This document shows, piece after piece, positions 1-13,607 of a stretch of 64,000 bases of DNA. Positions within the stretch are counted from its first letter, which is position 1; each line of letters begins with the position of its first letter. The translations under genes were made by a program, and so were the position numbers. The notes beneath the pieces were generated by a model. The model did not search any database, was not told the DNA's origin, and saw only the letters and a program-made list of their open reading frames with translations. Source of the DNA: Scenedesmus sp. PABB004 (Eukaryota); assembly GCA_014905635.1 (NCBI GenBank), contig JABVCE010000003.1, forward strand, positions 1,674,001 to 1,738,000, given 5' to 3'.

Positions 1-3000
1 CGAGCGGCGCCGCGCCGGTCACGGGGCTGGCCAGCGCCGTGTGCTCGACCTGCGCGCGCCGCGGCGGGCCGCGGCGCGCGTCAGCGGGCGGCGCGCTGCG
101 GCGGCACTGCCCCCCCCCCCACACACACCCCACCACCCACACACCACACACCCACGCACCGTGTAGGTGCCGCACGCGCGGTCGCCGGGCGGGTCGTACG
201 TGGCCGCGTAGCTGAGCGTGATGCTGTCGCACACAACGTCGCCCGCCCGCCCGCCGCCGCCCTCGCCCGGCAGCAGGTCCGCGGCGCCGCCGCCCCCCGC
301 GGGGCGACGGCGCAGCGGCAGGCGCGCGCCGCCGGGGCCGCGCAGCGCGAAGCTCGCGGACAGCGCGGCGCACGCGCCGCCGGGCCCGCCCGGGCCGTCG
401 CGCGGCACGCCGCTCAGCGGCAGCGGCGGCGACGCCGCCTCGCGCCCCGCAGCCGTGACCGCGTACGCGGTGAGGACCGCGCCGGCGCCCGGCGCGAGCA
501 GCCCGCCGAGCGGCCCCGCCGCCTCCACCTCGAGCGCCCAGCTGCACGCGAGCGCGCCGCCGCCGACCAGCTGCCCCGGCACCAGGACGACGCCGGCGCC
601 GTCGCGGGGGCACTGCGCCCACGCGCGCGCGCGCGGGGCCGCCGCCGCCCGGCGCAGCGAGCTCCACCTGGACCTGCGCCAGGGCCAGGCCGTCCAGCAG
701 GTTGGGGTTGCGCAGCGTCACGTTGCCACGCAGCGCCAGCCCCGGCGGCGCCGGCGCGCGGCGATAGCTGACCAGCACGTCCGCGCGCAGCGGCGCGGCG
801 TAGCTCTGCGCCGCCGGCGCGCCCGTCGCGACGGGGGCGGCCGTGACGGACCACGCGTGGCTGGTCGCGTTGCGCGACGCGAGTACCTGCAGCGCCAGCA
901 CCGGCAGCGCGAGCCCCGCGCCGCCGGCGCCGGCGTTGCTGAGCGCGGCCGCGTCGCGCGCGACCGCCGCGCCGCTGAGCGGCTGGCCCGCGGCCAGCCC
1001 GCCCGCCAGCGGGCAGCCCGTCACCTCCACCGGCACGCGCGCCGCCGCGCTGGCGGGCGGCAGCGCGGAGCCGTTCAGGGGGTGCAGCCGCACCACGTTG
1101 ACCACCTGAAACTCGCCGCACTGCGCGAGGGGCCCCAGCGTCACGTTGTACGCGTACGCCGCGCTGCCGCACACCAGCGCGCCGCCGCGCGCGCCGGGCA
1201 CGCTCGCGCTGGCCGCCGGCGGCGCCTTGCCGGGCGCCTCGGCCGGCGCGAGCGCGGTCGGGCTGTCGTCGGGCGTGAGGAAGGTGTCGCTCACCAGCGC
1301 GCAGCGCCCGAGCGCCGGCGGCGGCCCGCCGGCGGGCGCCGGCGGGCGGCTGAACGCGAGCCCCTCGCTCAGCAGCTCGCCGCCCGCCGCGGTGACGGCG
1401 CGGCCAAACAGCACGCCCTCGTCCGGCGCAAGGCCCGGGTAGGTGAGGGAGAAGGCGCAGGCGACCTTGCCGCGCGGCGGCACGCTCACCGCGCCGCCGG
1501 CGGGCCCCGCGCCCGCCGGCGCCGCGCAGGCCGCGGGCGCGTGCGCCCACGCCGCCAGCCCCGCGGCGGGCACCTCGGCCACCACCTCGGCCAGCTTGAG
1601 CGGCGCGTCGCTCGGGTTGCTGACGACCAGCCAGCCACGCAGCAGCGTGCGCGGGAGCAGCGGCGACCGCGTCACGCGCACGGCGTACCGCAGCGCCGCG
1701 CCGCCGCCGGGGCCCAGCCGCAGCGCGGGAGGGTCCACGGCCACGGCCGCGGACCAGGCGTAGCTCGGCACGCCGCCGTCCGCGCGCACGTTGACCAGCG
1801 CCAGGCTGGGCGCGTCGGGGCCGGCCGGCCGCGGCGGCGCGGAGCTGTAGTACGTGGCGCCGTAGCCCGGCTGCGGGGCCGCCGACCCCCCGGCCGCCGC
1901 CGCTGCCGCCTGCAGCAGCCGGCGCCGCCGCAGCGCCCAGCGCTCCTCGCGGTCGGCCGCGTTGACCAGCGGCGGCAGCGCGTCACCCCAGCGGAGCTCC
2001 GCGTCGCGCGGCCGCGCGGCCGGCGGCTGCTGCGCCTGCGGCGCCAGCCCCGCGCCGACGAGCTCCAGCCGCTCCGGCTGCGCCGGGAGCCCCAGCGCCT
2101 CGCGGCCGCCCAGGCCGTAGCCCGATGCCGCCTCGCCCGCCAGCGCCGCCCAGTCCAGGCCCGCCAGCGCCGGCGCTGGCACTGCGCTCGCATCGCCCGG
2201 CTGCTGCAACTGCGTCTGCTGCTGCTGCCCCAGGTCCGCGCCGCGCTGGGGCGCGTGCGGCGGCTGCGGCGCGCCGCCGGCGGCGCCGGGGGCGTGCAGC
2301 AGCTGGCGTCGGCGCTGCGGCAGGGTGGCCTCGTACTCATAAGTGTAGTAGTAGTCTGGCCGCGCCCGCCCCGCGGCGTCGGGCACGGGCGGCGGCGGGA
2401 GCGCTGCCGCGGCCGCCGGCAGCTCGCCCGGCTGCGGCGCCGGCGCCGGCAGCGCCAGCGGCGGGGGGCCGCGCGGCGGCGCGGGGGCGCCAAAGATGAC
2501 TGACTCGCCGCCCACCGCCCATGCTCCGGGCGACGCCGGCGGCGCCGCCGGCGGCGGCGGCGGCGCGTCGGCGCAGCCGGTGACCGAGACCAGCACCAGG
2601 CTGGACGCCTGCCGCGGCGGCGCGTCGCCGCCGAGCGGGTTGGCGCGCGCGACGTTGGAGACCTTGTACGTCCCGCAGGCCATGCCGGGGGCGTACGGCC
2701 CAAAGCGCAGGCGGTAGGTGCGCCGCACGGCCGGTGCGCACGCAGACTCGCCCGCGCTCGGCTGCTTCGCGCCGCCGTCGACGGCGCCGGGCGCGAGGAA
2801 CAGCCCGCCGCGCTGAAAGCCGTCGCTCAGCGCCGCGCAGCGCCCGAGCTCCAGCGGCGGCGCGGCGCCCGACGGCGCGCCGCCCACGGGCGGCAGCGTC
2901 GCGGCGGCCGGGAGGCTCGACACCGACGCGCCGCTGTGCAGCACCGCCTGGCCCACCAGCGACAGCGCGCCGCCGCCCGCGCCCGGCAGCACGAGCGCAA

Positions 3001-3541
3001 AGGGGCAGGCCAGCGCGCCGCGCGCCGGAAGCTCGACGCCACCGCCTGGCGCGCGCGCGCACTGCGCGGCCACGCGCTGCGGCAACGGCTGCACTGCGCC
3101 CGTGACGAGCACCTGCACGCCCGCGAGGCTCAGCGGCGCGTCGCTGGCGCTGACCAGGCGCACAACGCCCGAGACCACGCCCGCGGGGCCGGCCGCGGCG
3201 CGGGTGTAGTTGGTGGAGACCTCCAGGCTGCCGCCGGCGCCGCCGAGGCGCAGGCTCAGGCCGCTCGGCCGCGTCGCAGTCTCGACCGACCACGAGTAGC
3301 GCAGCGCGCGCGCCGCCGACACGCCCTCGAGGAGCACCAGCGGCGGCGGCGCGCCTGCGTCGGCGGCGCCAGCAGTCGAGACCAGCAGCGCCAGCAGCGC
3401 CAGCAGCGGCAGCAGCTCTGCGCGCACGGGCGGCGGCCGGCGCGGTGCGTGACGGCGCCGCAGCGACTCCCATCACCGCTGGCAGCAGCGTTCGAACTCA
3501 CCTGCGGCCATGGTGACGGCGCAGCGTCCCGCCGGCGCCAT
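1..3541 (-). CDS. Large secreted protein with repeated beta-rich, Cys-containing modules (3' end probably runs off the window)
   Basis: ATG at 3541, intron (GTGAG..GCAG, about 3501-3418), then ELLPLLALLALLVSTAGAADAG (signal peptide-like). One long exon carries recurring motifs LRYSWSVET / SYAWSAAVAVDP, CGTYKVSNVA / CGEFQVVNVV / CGTYT and GNVTLRNPN. Apparent frameshift in a (GC)n run near 625. Confidence 0.6.
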
Positions 3542-4861
3542 GGCGCACACGGCAGCGGCCGGCGGTTGGCGCGCCACGCGCGGCTGGAGGCAGCGCCAGC
3601 TGCCTGCTCAGCGCAAGACAGCAATCACGAGCATTTTCCGCCGTCACGACCGCTGCGAGGGAGCTGGGGTGGCGCCTGGGCGGCGCGGCGTCGATCAGCA
3701 GCGCGCCGCCGCACTCAGCTTCGTGTGCGCGCCGCTGCTGCTCGCGTGCGACTGCCGTTGGCACGATTCCAGCTGTCGAGCAGTGCGGGTGGTCGAACCG
3801 CGCTCTCGGTCAGCCCGAGGTCGGTTTCAGGGCCGGATTGCGGCCCTGCCTCCTGCGCGGCCTGCAGCGTCGCGCAGACTTCGCTCAGCTGCGCGGGCTG
3901 CTCATCAGGCTCTCGTGCATGTACCGGAACGTGCGCGTCACAGCTCGATCACGCCGGCCGGCGCTGCCGCCAGGCGAGACAGGTTGGTTGCGCCGCCGCG
4001 GCCCCGCACTGGGTGCGTTGCTCGTCTCACGCAGCCCCAGCAGCTCCACCAGCAGCTCCGCCAGCGGCTGCACCACGCTCACTCTCTTCGCTCCGCCGCG
4101 CCCAACGCGCAGGCAAGCTCGCCCGCGAGCCAGCATGAGCGGGGCGTGGCACGCGGGCGTCGCCGACTGCGACACGCCCAGCAGGGCTGCCGGCGGCGCC
4201 GCGCGGAAGCAGGACAAGGACACGCGGCGGTCACAGCGCGGCGCTGACCAGCTGCAGCCGCCGCAGCCAGCCGTGGCGCCAGGCGGCGCTGCTGCCGGCA
4301 GCCGCAGCGGCGGCACCGGCGACGCGGTGGTGGCCGGCGCACCGCTCGTGAGTCCGGCGCCGCCGCCGCGCAGCCTGGGCCAGCGCGTCGCCAGCGTGCG
4401 CAGCGCGGCCGCGCTGCCATCGAGCGGCGAGTGCAGCCCTGAGCTGCTGAGCCCCACTGCTGCGGCTGCGCCCGGGCCCGGCGCGACTGTGGAGCACGCG
4501 GCAGCGCTGCAGGCGGCGCTGCAGGCCAGCGGGCTGAGCTGAGGCCCGCGGCGCGGGCTTTTTTTTGGGGGGGGGGGGCGAGGACGCACGGGGGCGTGGG
4601 AGCTGGGAGTGTGGGTCGCACAGCTGCACGCGCACCACGGGGTGCATGCCGCATGCCGCTGCAGCGGTTGGGCGGCGGCGGGAGGGTGCAGTGCATTCCT
4701 TGACACAACCATGGGCATTGACTGGCCACGCGAGGCATTGCGCGCGCACCGCATCACGCGCGCACCGCACCGGCGCCTCGGCGCGCCCCGTCACCTGCAC
4801 TGCATTGATCAGCCAATGATCACGACGACCAGGGATCCCTCAATGTGACGGTCGGCGCGTG

Positions 4862-7800
4862 TTACAGCGCCGCACCCGCCCCCGTCGCCGCCAGCGGCTG
4901 CTGCAGCCCGCTCGGGACGTCGGCCAGCGTCACCGCCGCGTCCAGGGCTGCCGCGAGGTACGCCGCGCGCGCCGCCGCCAGCCCGGCGCTCCCCGCGCGG
5001 CCGCCGCCGGCGAGGCGGTTCCACTCGTGGAACGGCACGCTGAGCACGACCCAGCCGCGCGCCTGCAGGCAGCGCTGCTTCGCGAGGCTGCTGCCCAGCA
5101 GCGCGTGCGGGGCGTTGGACGTGAAGTGCTCGGGGCCGTCCACCTCGACCGCGACGCGCCGCCCGCGCCACGTGACGGCGGCGTCGATCGTGAACAGGCC
5201 GTCGGCCGTGAGCGCCTCGCTCGACACGTCCAGGCGCAGCCCCTCCCCCGCGAGCGCGGCCGCGACGGCCGCCTGGAAGCCGCTCGCACGCCCCGCGCTG
5301 CGCCGGCTGCTCGACAGCCACGCCCGCGCCGCGGCGGCCGCCAGGCCTGGCGGCAGCACCGCCGGCGGCGCGACCCCGGCGCCCCGGAACGCGTCCTGCA
5401 CGGCAGCGGCGGCGGCGGGGCGCGGCGGCGCCGGCGGCGGTCGGGCGCCGCCGGCCGCGCCGCGCGCGGCGCGGGCTCCGCGCGGCGCGGCGCGCGCGGC
5501 GCGCTGCCGGGCGTGCGCGGCGCACCTGCATGAGCGTGGCCGCCTGGAAGAGCTGCAGCAGCAGCAGCGGCCGCGCGCGCGCGGGCGGCAGGTCGGCGAG
5601 CTGCGCAAAGCCCGTCGCAAACAGCGCGCCGTCAAACACGCCGCCCACGGCAAACGCCCACAGCGCCGACACCATCAGCGAGTTGCCAACGCGCGGCCGC
5701 GCGCCAAGCAGCACCTGGCGGCGGCGGGCGGGCCCGGCGGCGGGCGGGGTCCGGTCGGCACCTCGGCGCGCGGGCCGGCGGCGCGGCGGCGCGGCCCGCG
5801 GCCCCGCGGCTCCCACGCCGCCCTGCGCGCCCCCACCTCGCTGGCGGACCGGAAGAGCCGCTCGTCTCTGAACCCCAGCTTGGCCGCGCTGCGCACGAGC
5901 TGCACCGCGTCGAGCGGCGTGAGCGACCCGCCCCGCGCGAGCGCCGTGCCGCGCGCTGCGAGCGCCTCAAGCAGCGCCGCGTCGCGGTGCCGCAGCGACG
6001 CAAACGACCACGCCGCCAGCGCCAGCGGCGCCGGCGGCAGCTGCGGCGCGCGGCGCAGCAGCTGCGCGAGGCGGGCGGGGGCGCGGCGCGGCGCGCTCAG
6101 AAGTGGCCGCGGTGCGCGGCGCGCCCGCCACGCCCCCCCCCCCCCTCGCGCGCTGCCCGCACCTCTGCCGCCGCGGCGTCCATGTTGGGTCCGTCGTATA
6201 GCCGCAGCGTCGCGAGGCCCCACAGCGTCTCCGCGAGCTCCGCGTCGCGCAGCCCCGGCAGCAGGCGCGGCAGCGCGCGGCGCAGCGCGCCGAAAAACGC
6301 ACCGTTGTAGTGTGGCAGGGCGCCGCACGCGTGCGCCGCCTGCGCGGCGTCACGCGGGCTCACGCGCACGCCCTCGCCGGCCGCCGCCGCCGCTTGCAGC
6401 GCCGCGCCGCCGCCGCCGTCGCCATCGCCCGAGGCCGAGGCGTCGCGCGGGTCTTGGGCGTCCACGCCACGCGCCGGCTCCTGCGCCGGCTCCTGCGCTG
6501 GCCCCGCGTCCGCCTGCCGCTGCCGCACGCGGCGCGGCCGGCCCTGGGCCAGCATGCCCAGCCGGCTCAGCTCGCCGCGCGCGTTGCTGGCGGCCTCGGG
6601 CCCGCCGGACAGCAGCTCCGGCGGCGGGCTGTCGAGGAGGCGCTGCAGCACGCTGGGGCCCGCGCCCGCGGCGCCCGCGGCGCTGCCGCCGGCCGCCGGC
6701 AACCCTCCCGCCGCCGTCGCGGGCGGCCGCGCGCCGCTGCCGCCGGCACCACCACGGCCGCCGCTAGCGCTGGCGCCACGGCCGGCGCCGGCGCCGGCGG
6801 CGGCGTTCTCTGCGTCGAGGCACTCTGCCAGGCGGTCGAGCGCGGCCTCCATGAACGCGGGCGCCTCGTACCCCAGCCGCGCGAGGCTCCACACCGCGCC
6901 CGCGGCGGTGCGCGGCAGCACGGCGTGCATCTCCTCCGCCGTCGCGGACGTCACGGCGGCGAGCATCGCGGCGTCGCACACGCCCGCGGTCGCGTACGCC
7001 CACAGCAGCCGCGACACGTCGGCGGCGTGCAGCTGCCCCGCGTGCGCCGCCACCACGGGCGCGAGCTCCGCGAGCAGCAGGCGGTTCGGGCAGAACGCCG
7101 CGACGTACGCCCACGCCAGCCCCACCGCGTCGGCGGGGCGGCACGCCGCGAGCCGCGCGGGGCCGCGGCCCTTGGCGTGCTTGTCGCGCCGCGGCGGCGC
7201 GCCCAGGGCGTGGCTCTGCACGTTCCAGGGCGCCGCCGCCGCTGCCGCTGGCGCGGGTGCGCGCGCCGCCCCGCCGGCGGCGCCCGGCGGCGCGCTCCGC
7301 CCGGTGCTGACGGGGGGCGGGGCGTCCAGCAGGTGGCCCGCGACCGCGGCAAAGAGGAGGGTGCAATTGTAGCCGGTCAGGGCAAAGGCCTGGCAGAGCT
7401 GGCTGATGTCACGCATGCGCCACCGCCCGAGCCGGCCCGGCTCCGCCAGCAAGAGCGCCTCGACGCCGCGCAGCAGCGCGCTCACCGCCGCCTGGTCGCC
7501 GGACCCGGACCCGGCGGCGCCGTCGCCGCGCCCGCACGCCGCCTGCCAGCCGCTCGCGGCCACGCCCTGCAGCAGGTTGCTCACGCCCGCCGGGCGCATG
7601 GCGCGCAGGTGCGGCAGCGCCGCGCCCGCCGCGGCCGCCCAGAAGCCCGGCGCGCGCAGCATGAAAAAGTTGACGCTGTAGCACAGCGTGCCCAGCGTGC
7701 GGGCGCTGCAGCCCGCCAGCCGGCTGGGCCCCCGGCGCCGCCGGGGGGCGCGAGCAGGTACGCCGCCACGCACTCGACGGCGGCGTCGCTCGGCGAGAGA

Positions 7801-8346
7801 TGCAGCCGGCTCATCGCCCACACGCCGCTCGCGACGACGTCGGGCGCCACGCCCGCCAGCTGCTCCGGCAGCAGCGGCTCCAGCGCCTCCAGCAGCGCCT
7901 GCGCAGCGCGGCGCGGCGGGCGCGCGGGGCGGCGCTCACGGGCGGCAGCGGCGGCGCGCGGCGCGGGCCAGCCGCGACAGCCCGCCTGCCCACGGTCGGT
8001 CGGAGCACGCACTCACCCACGCCTGGTGGCCGCCCACCACGATGGTGGAGGACGACGCCAGCTGCGCGAGCGCCTTGAGCAGGCCGGCCGCGTCCGGCGC
8101 AGCGGCGCTCGCCGCCGCCTGCCGGCCGCGGCTGCGCGCCCCAGCCGCGACCCAGCGGCTGCCGGAGACTCGTTCGATGCGATGGTCATGCTGTCTCGGC
8201 GCCCCGACGCCCGGCTGCGCCGCGCCAGCACGGGCGTGGAGCGCATCGAGCCGCAGCGCGCCTATGCTCGCGCTGCGCTGGCCGCAGGCTGCTGTCTGCT
8301 GCGCTGGCACCTGACGCAGGGCGCGCTGCCGCAGGGCGCGCTGCAT
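4862..8346 (-). CDS. OPR-repeat / RAP-domain organellar RNA-binding protein (multi-exon)
   Basis: C-terminal RAP motif VAVEVDGPEHF...LQARGWVVLSVPFHEW. Helical repeats such as VSRLLWAYATAG, AGAVWSLARLGY and LAETLWGLATLR. Arg/Ala-rich N-terminus resembles a transit peptide. Confidence 0.85.
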
Positions 8347-8858
8347 GGCGCGTGCTGCCGGTGGCGGCAGCGCCGCTGCCGCCGGCGCCGCTGCCGCCGG
8401 CGCCGTCGAGTGCTACATGCGGGGGGCTGGGCGTGCGGGCGCGTGTCGGACGGCGCGTGGCCGATCAGCTGATCAGAACTGCGGTGAACAGAACTGCGGT
8501 GAGGCCGACGCCGCGCTCGGGGCTCGTTGCAGCGAGGGTTCGCGTGCAGGGCGCAAGCGATGATGTGCAGGCACCGTCCCCGTCCTCGCAGTGCACGCAG
8601 CTGCGGCAGCTGCGCCGGCACTCGAGCATGCCGCCGCCCGGGTCGCACCGCCCGCTCGCGCCCGCTGCGGCGCAGACGCGCACCTGCGCGCGGCGGCTAT
8701 TGGGTGTGAGGCACCACGCTGCGGGCGGCGCGGCACGCCCGCGCCCCCCGCCCCCGCACGCACGCGCAGCCGCCGTTGCGCGAGTCGTCGTGCGCATCCG
8801 CCTGCCAGTGGCGCGCCCACGTGGGCGCGTGTGTTCGGCGCCCGAGCCTCGCCCCGGC

Positions 8859-10363
8859 TCAGTCGGCCATGCCCAGCGCGGCGCCGTGCTGCGCCCAGAA
8901 CGCGTCACCGATGATGTCGCAGTGCAGCACGGTCACCTCCCGCCGCCGCCGCAGCACGGGCGTGCCGTCGTCGCGCAGCTTGGCCACGGCCTCGACCGGC
9001 AGCCGCAGCACCACCGAGCCCTGCGCGCGGCGCGCGCGGGTCGTTTTCAAGCTGAGCGGCGGCGCCGCACCGCGCCGCGCGCCGCTGCTCCCCCGAGAGC
9101 GGGCCGCGCGGCCCGCCGGCGCGGCGTGCGGCGTGGACCCGTGGGCCGCGCCTTGCGGAACTGCTCCGGCAGCTGCGCGTAGTTGATGCCGAATTGGGTG
9201 AACAGCAAGTCGTTCTTGAAGGCAGCGTCGGAGCCCTGCACGGCGCGGCGGCGGGGCGGCGGCTCAGGGCAGCCAGCAGCCGAAACTCATGGCAGGGCCT
9301 GCCTGCGCCCAACAGCCCCCTGCGCGGCGCGGCGCGGCGCCGCGCGCCTTGACGGCGGCCTGCGCCTCGGCCGGCGAGCGTCCCCCCTTGACGAGCGCCC
9401 AGTAGCACGTGTTGTACTGCGGACATGCGGCGCGCGGCGCGCGGCGCGGAGTGCGCGGCTCGACCCCGGCGGCGCCGCCCGGCCACAGCGCCGCCCGCGC
9501 GCGCTCACGGGGCGCACGCCCGGCTTCTGGCGCGGCCGCTCCCCCCTCTCCGCCGCCCGCCGCAGCCACCTGGTTGTTGACGTGCGTGTCGGCCTGCCGC
9601 CAGGCCAGGTAGTCTCGCAGTATGGCCAGGCTCGGGTAGCACACGGCGCGGCCGTCAAACACGGGCGTCGCGGCCAGGGCCCGCCCCGGCGGCATGACCT
9701 GCGCCCACAGCCGCACGTAGCTCCCCGTGAAGCAGCTGGTGATGGTGGACACGAGCTTGCTCGACCGCCGCCCTGGCGCCGCGCCGGGCGGCGCGGGCGC
9801 GGGCGCACTCGGCGGCCGCGCGCCGCGTGCGTGCAGCGCCCTCCCCAGCGCCCGCCCCAGCCGCTGCGCTTAGGGCCTCCTCCCCCACCGTAGAGCTGGC
9901 AGTCCTTGTGCAGCACAAAGCTGTACTCATCACTTTCGCCGTACGCCAGGCAGACGTCAGGGAACTCACACAGCACCGCCTGCGCGTGCGCGCGTGCGGC
10001 GCCGCTCGCGGCCCAGCGGCCGGCTGCCGCGCGCGCCCCCCGCTGCCGCTGCCGGGCAGGCCGCGGCCGCCGCGCGGCGCGGCGTGGCGGGCCGCGGCGC
10101 TGCGGGCGCCGCGCCTTGGCTGCTGCGTCCATGAGGTCCAGGGCCGGCTTGTCGTTGGGCTTCTCAAAGCCATGCAGCTCACTGAACCTGCGGCGGGCGC
10201 CACGCGTGAGCAGCGGCGGCCCGCCACCGGGCGGCCGCGCCGCGGCGGCGCGGCCGCACTTTGTGAAGCCCCGGCCGTCGACGCGGACGACGATCCAGAC
10301 CGCCGGCAGCAGGCTGTCGTCGGCCTCAAACGCCCGCACGTACGCGTACTTGGAGCCCGCCAT
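8859..10363 (-). CDS. THG1: tRNA(His) guanylyltransferase (7 exons)
   Basis: [94 protein letters not shown] and LHCDII are all Thg1-family hallmarks. Confidence 0.95.
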
Positions 10364-11121
10364 GCCCGCCGCTGCTCCGCCGGCGGCGCCGGACGGCGGC
10401 GGCGCCGCCGCGCCGCCGGCGGGCGCGCCGCGCCCGGCGCTGGTCGCCGCCGCGGTCGCTGCTCTTCCGCCGTCTGACAGGGCGCGCTGTGCGGCAGCGC
10501 TGGCGCAGGCGCCGCCGGCGGGCGCGCTCCCGGGCTGCGCAGCTGCGCAGGCTGAGCTGCTGGTGGCGGTGCTGCCACGCCCTGGCGCGCCGCCGCCGCT
10601 GGCGCGCGGGCAGCGGCGCGCGGGCAGCGGCGTGCGCGGCGGTCGGCGGCGGCGTGGGTCGCGGACCGGGAGCTGCGATGGAGTTCGCTGCAGGAGGTGC
10701 GATCTCGAGGTCTGATTGAGCCTGGAAGACGCCTGGCACGCTCGCGATTCTCTTCGCCGGGTTCTGGCACAGCAGCAGCACCGCGCTAAGCTGCCACCCG
10801 CCATCCCACGCCATTGTCGGTGCCTGCATCTACCCACTCACGCGCCCTCGCCCGCCAGGCCGCCGGTGTTGGCGACGCGGCGGCCGGGCAGCTCGCAGCT
10901 CGCGCCCGGGCCGCTCGAGGGCGGCCCCCGCGATCGTTGCGACCCCGCTCACCGCTCCCTGGAGCTGTGGTGATCCCGCAGGGCCGTCGCCGGCGCCCGG
11001 CGGCGCCTGGCCGCGCGGCGCGGCGCGCGGTCGACAGCGGTGCTCGCCGCGCAGGCCGCGCTCGCGCGCGGCGCTCGTCGGCGGCGCTCGCCGGCGGCGC
11101 TCGCCGGCGGGGGCCGCCGGT

Positions 11122-13113
11122 ATGGCCGCCGCCAACGTGGTTCCCGCTGCGGACTTCCAGCACGTCGTCGCGCAGCTGGAGGACACGCAGGAATCGCTGG
11201 CCGCCGCGTTCGCGCGCATCGAGGTGTTCCGGCTGCGCGAGAAGCTGCTCGCTGCGGAGCTCGCCCGGCTGCGCATCGGTGGCGAGGCGCAGCAGGGCGA
11301 CGCCGCTGACGGCCCGCCAGGCGGCGACGGCGCCCCTGCTGCGGCGGCGCAGCAGGCGCCGGAGCCGCCGCCGCCGCCGGCCGCGCCGCCCAGCGAGCCC
11401 GCTGACGCGCCCGACTGGCCGCTGCCGTGCTACGTGACCGAGGTGGAGGGCCACCTGCCCGTAATGCTCATCAACAGCAGCACCGGCCGCAAGGTGCGGC
11501 GACGGCGGGGCGGGCGGCGGCGGGCGCGCCGGCGCCCTCTCTCCGGCCGCGGGGCGCGGCCGGGCGCGGACGCGACGCGCGTGGCTGCCGCGCGGCGCGC
11601 CGCAGACGCCCGGCAGCGTGGTCATCACGGAGGACTACGTTGACTTTGTGGAGGTGCGGGGACGGGGGGAAGGGCCGCCCCGCGGCGGCGGCGGCAGCGG
11701 CAGCGGCGGCGGCAGCGGCGGCGGCGGCCCAGCGGGCAGTGGCGAGCGCACGGCGGCGGCGGCGGCGGCCGGCCGCCCGCGGCCGACCGCCCGGCGGCGC
11801 CGCAGGTGCGCGCGCGCGTGAAGCGCCGCGACTTTGTCGGCTTCAGCTCTAGCTCGGCGGCAGCGCAGCGGCGCTCGCAGGTGCGCGGCGCGGGGCGGCA
11901 CGGCGGGGACCGCGTGCATGCCGCCGCGCGCGGCGGCCCGCTTGATGCGGCGCCGCCCCTCGCGCGATGCGGCGCCGCGCGCCCACCACAGACCTCCTCC
12001 TCCGCCGCGTTCTCCGCGACCTGGAAGCAGCTGCTGGCGCCCTGCCTCTCGCCGGAGCCGGGCAGCCCCAGCGCGGCGGCGCACCGCGGCGCGGAGGAGC
12101 GCGGCAGCCCCGGCCGTCGGCGCAGCTACGGCGGCAGCGGCGGCGGCGGCGGCGGCAGCCCGCTCGGCGGCGGCTCGCCACGGCACCACCTCGCGCACAG
12201 CAGCAGCTGGCACGACCTGGGGCACGGCAGCAACGGCGCGCCGCCGCCGGGGCACCGCCGCTCCGGCAGCGGCAGCAGCGGCGGCGGCGGCGGCGGCGGC
12301 ACGGGCGTGTGGCAGATCCTGTGGCGCAGCGGCGGGCTGCAGCAGCACCTCGCGTTTGAGGCGACGCAGGACACGCGCGAGGCGCTGCACCGCCACACCG
12401 CGCGCTGGCTGCACGGCAGCGCCGCCGGCGCCGCCGACGACGCGCCGCCGCCGGGCGTCGCGCAGCTGCTCGCGGCGGCGGCGGCGTCGTCCGCGGCGGG
12501 CGGCGGCGCGCTGGAGATGTCGGTGCCGCGGCACCTCGTCCCCGGGCCCTCCGCGCCGCCGCGCCTGAGCGAGCCGTCGGCGATCCTCGCGCCGCCGGGC
12601 GCGGGCGCCGCGGGCGCGGGCGCGGGGCTCGTGGACGGCCTGCCGCACCTCGCCGCCGCGCTGCCGCCGCGCTTCCAGGGCCGCGCCTGGGCGCTCGCGT
12701 ACGGCAGCCACCGGCACGGCATCAGCCTCGCCACGCTCTTCCGGCGCGGCGCAGGGCTGTCGCCGAGCGTGCTGCTCGTGCGCGACGGCGGGGGGCACGT
12801 GTTTGGCGCGTTTGCGACCGAGCCGTGGCGCCCCGCGCCGCGGTTCTTTGGCTCGGGCGAGACCTTTGTCTTCCAGCTCGCGCCCCACAAGGTCGCCTTC
12901 CCCTGGGCCGTCGGCGGCGGCGCCAAGAACGACTTTTTCCAGTACGCCACGCCCGACGCGCTCGCGGTCGGCGGCCTCGGCGCGTTTGCGATCTGGCTCG
13001 ACGCCGAGCTGCTGCAGGGCAGCAGCGGCGCGTGCGGCACGTTTGGCTCGCCCTGCCTCGCGAGCAGGGAGGAGTTCACGGTGAACGCCGTGGAGCTGTG
13101 GGCGCTCGTGTGA
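11122..13113 (+). CDS. TLDc-domain protein (OXR1/NCOA7-like), multi-exon
   Basis: C-terminal WALAYGSHRHGISLATLF...VFGAF...FFGSGETFVF...LAVGG...AIWLDAELLQGSSGACGTFGSPCL...VELW is a TLDc signature. N-terminal coiled coil. Confidence 0.9.
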
Positions 13114-13607
13114 GCGCCGCGCCGCGGCGCGGCGGCGTCCCACAGCTCTCCAGCACTGCGCCGGCTGGGCGAGTGGGCTGGGCTGAGAGCGTGCGGAGCA
13201 CTGGCGGGCGGGCAGGCGGGTGCATGGCGCCCTCGTGTGCGCGCATTGCGGGGCGAGGCTGCTGCTGGCTGCATCGGTCCGAGTGCGCGCGCTGACGCTG
13301 CAGCTGCAGCGGCGGCGCGGGAGGGGCGTGGCGGGCTGCTTGGCAATGAACCTCGCCCGGCACCGACGCCGCTCAGCCGTGGCAGAGTTACTAAGGGCGC
13401 AGTCAGTCAATCAAACGCCCCCGGCGCCATGCCAGCCGGCATGCAGCGAAGCGCCCTCCTCTCGCGGCGCCGGCGATCGTGGCCGGGCCGTCCAAAGCAC
13501 GTGCCGGTGGGTTCGTGTGGGTGAGTGTTCTCAAGACGTGCATAGCTTACAGGTCACGCGGTCGCGTCACACAGTCGCGTCCAGCCGCCGCGGCGCGCGC
13601 CAGGCGC

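Noticed and set aside
4135..4542. Short plus-strand ORF MSGAWHAG…
   Set aside because: No motifs or splice evidence; cannot be distinguished from chance or UTR.
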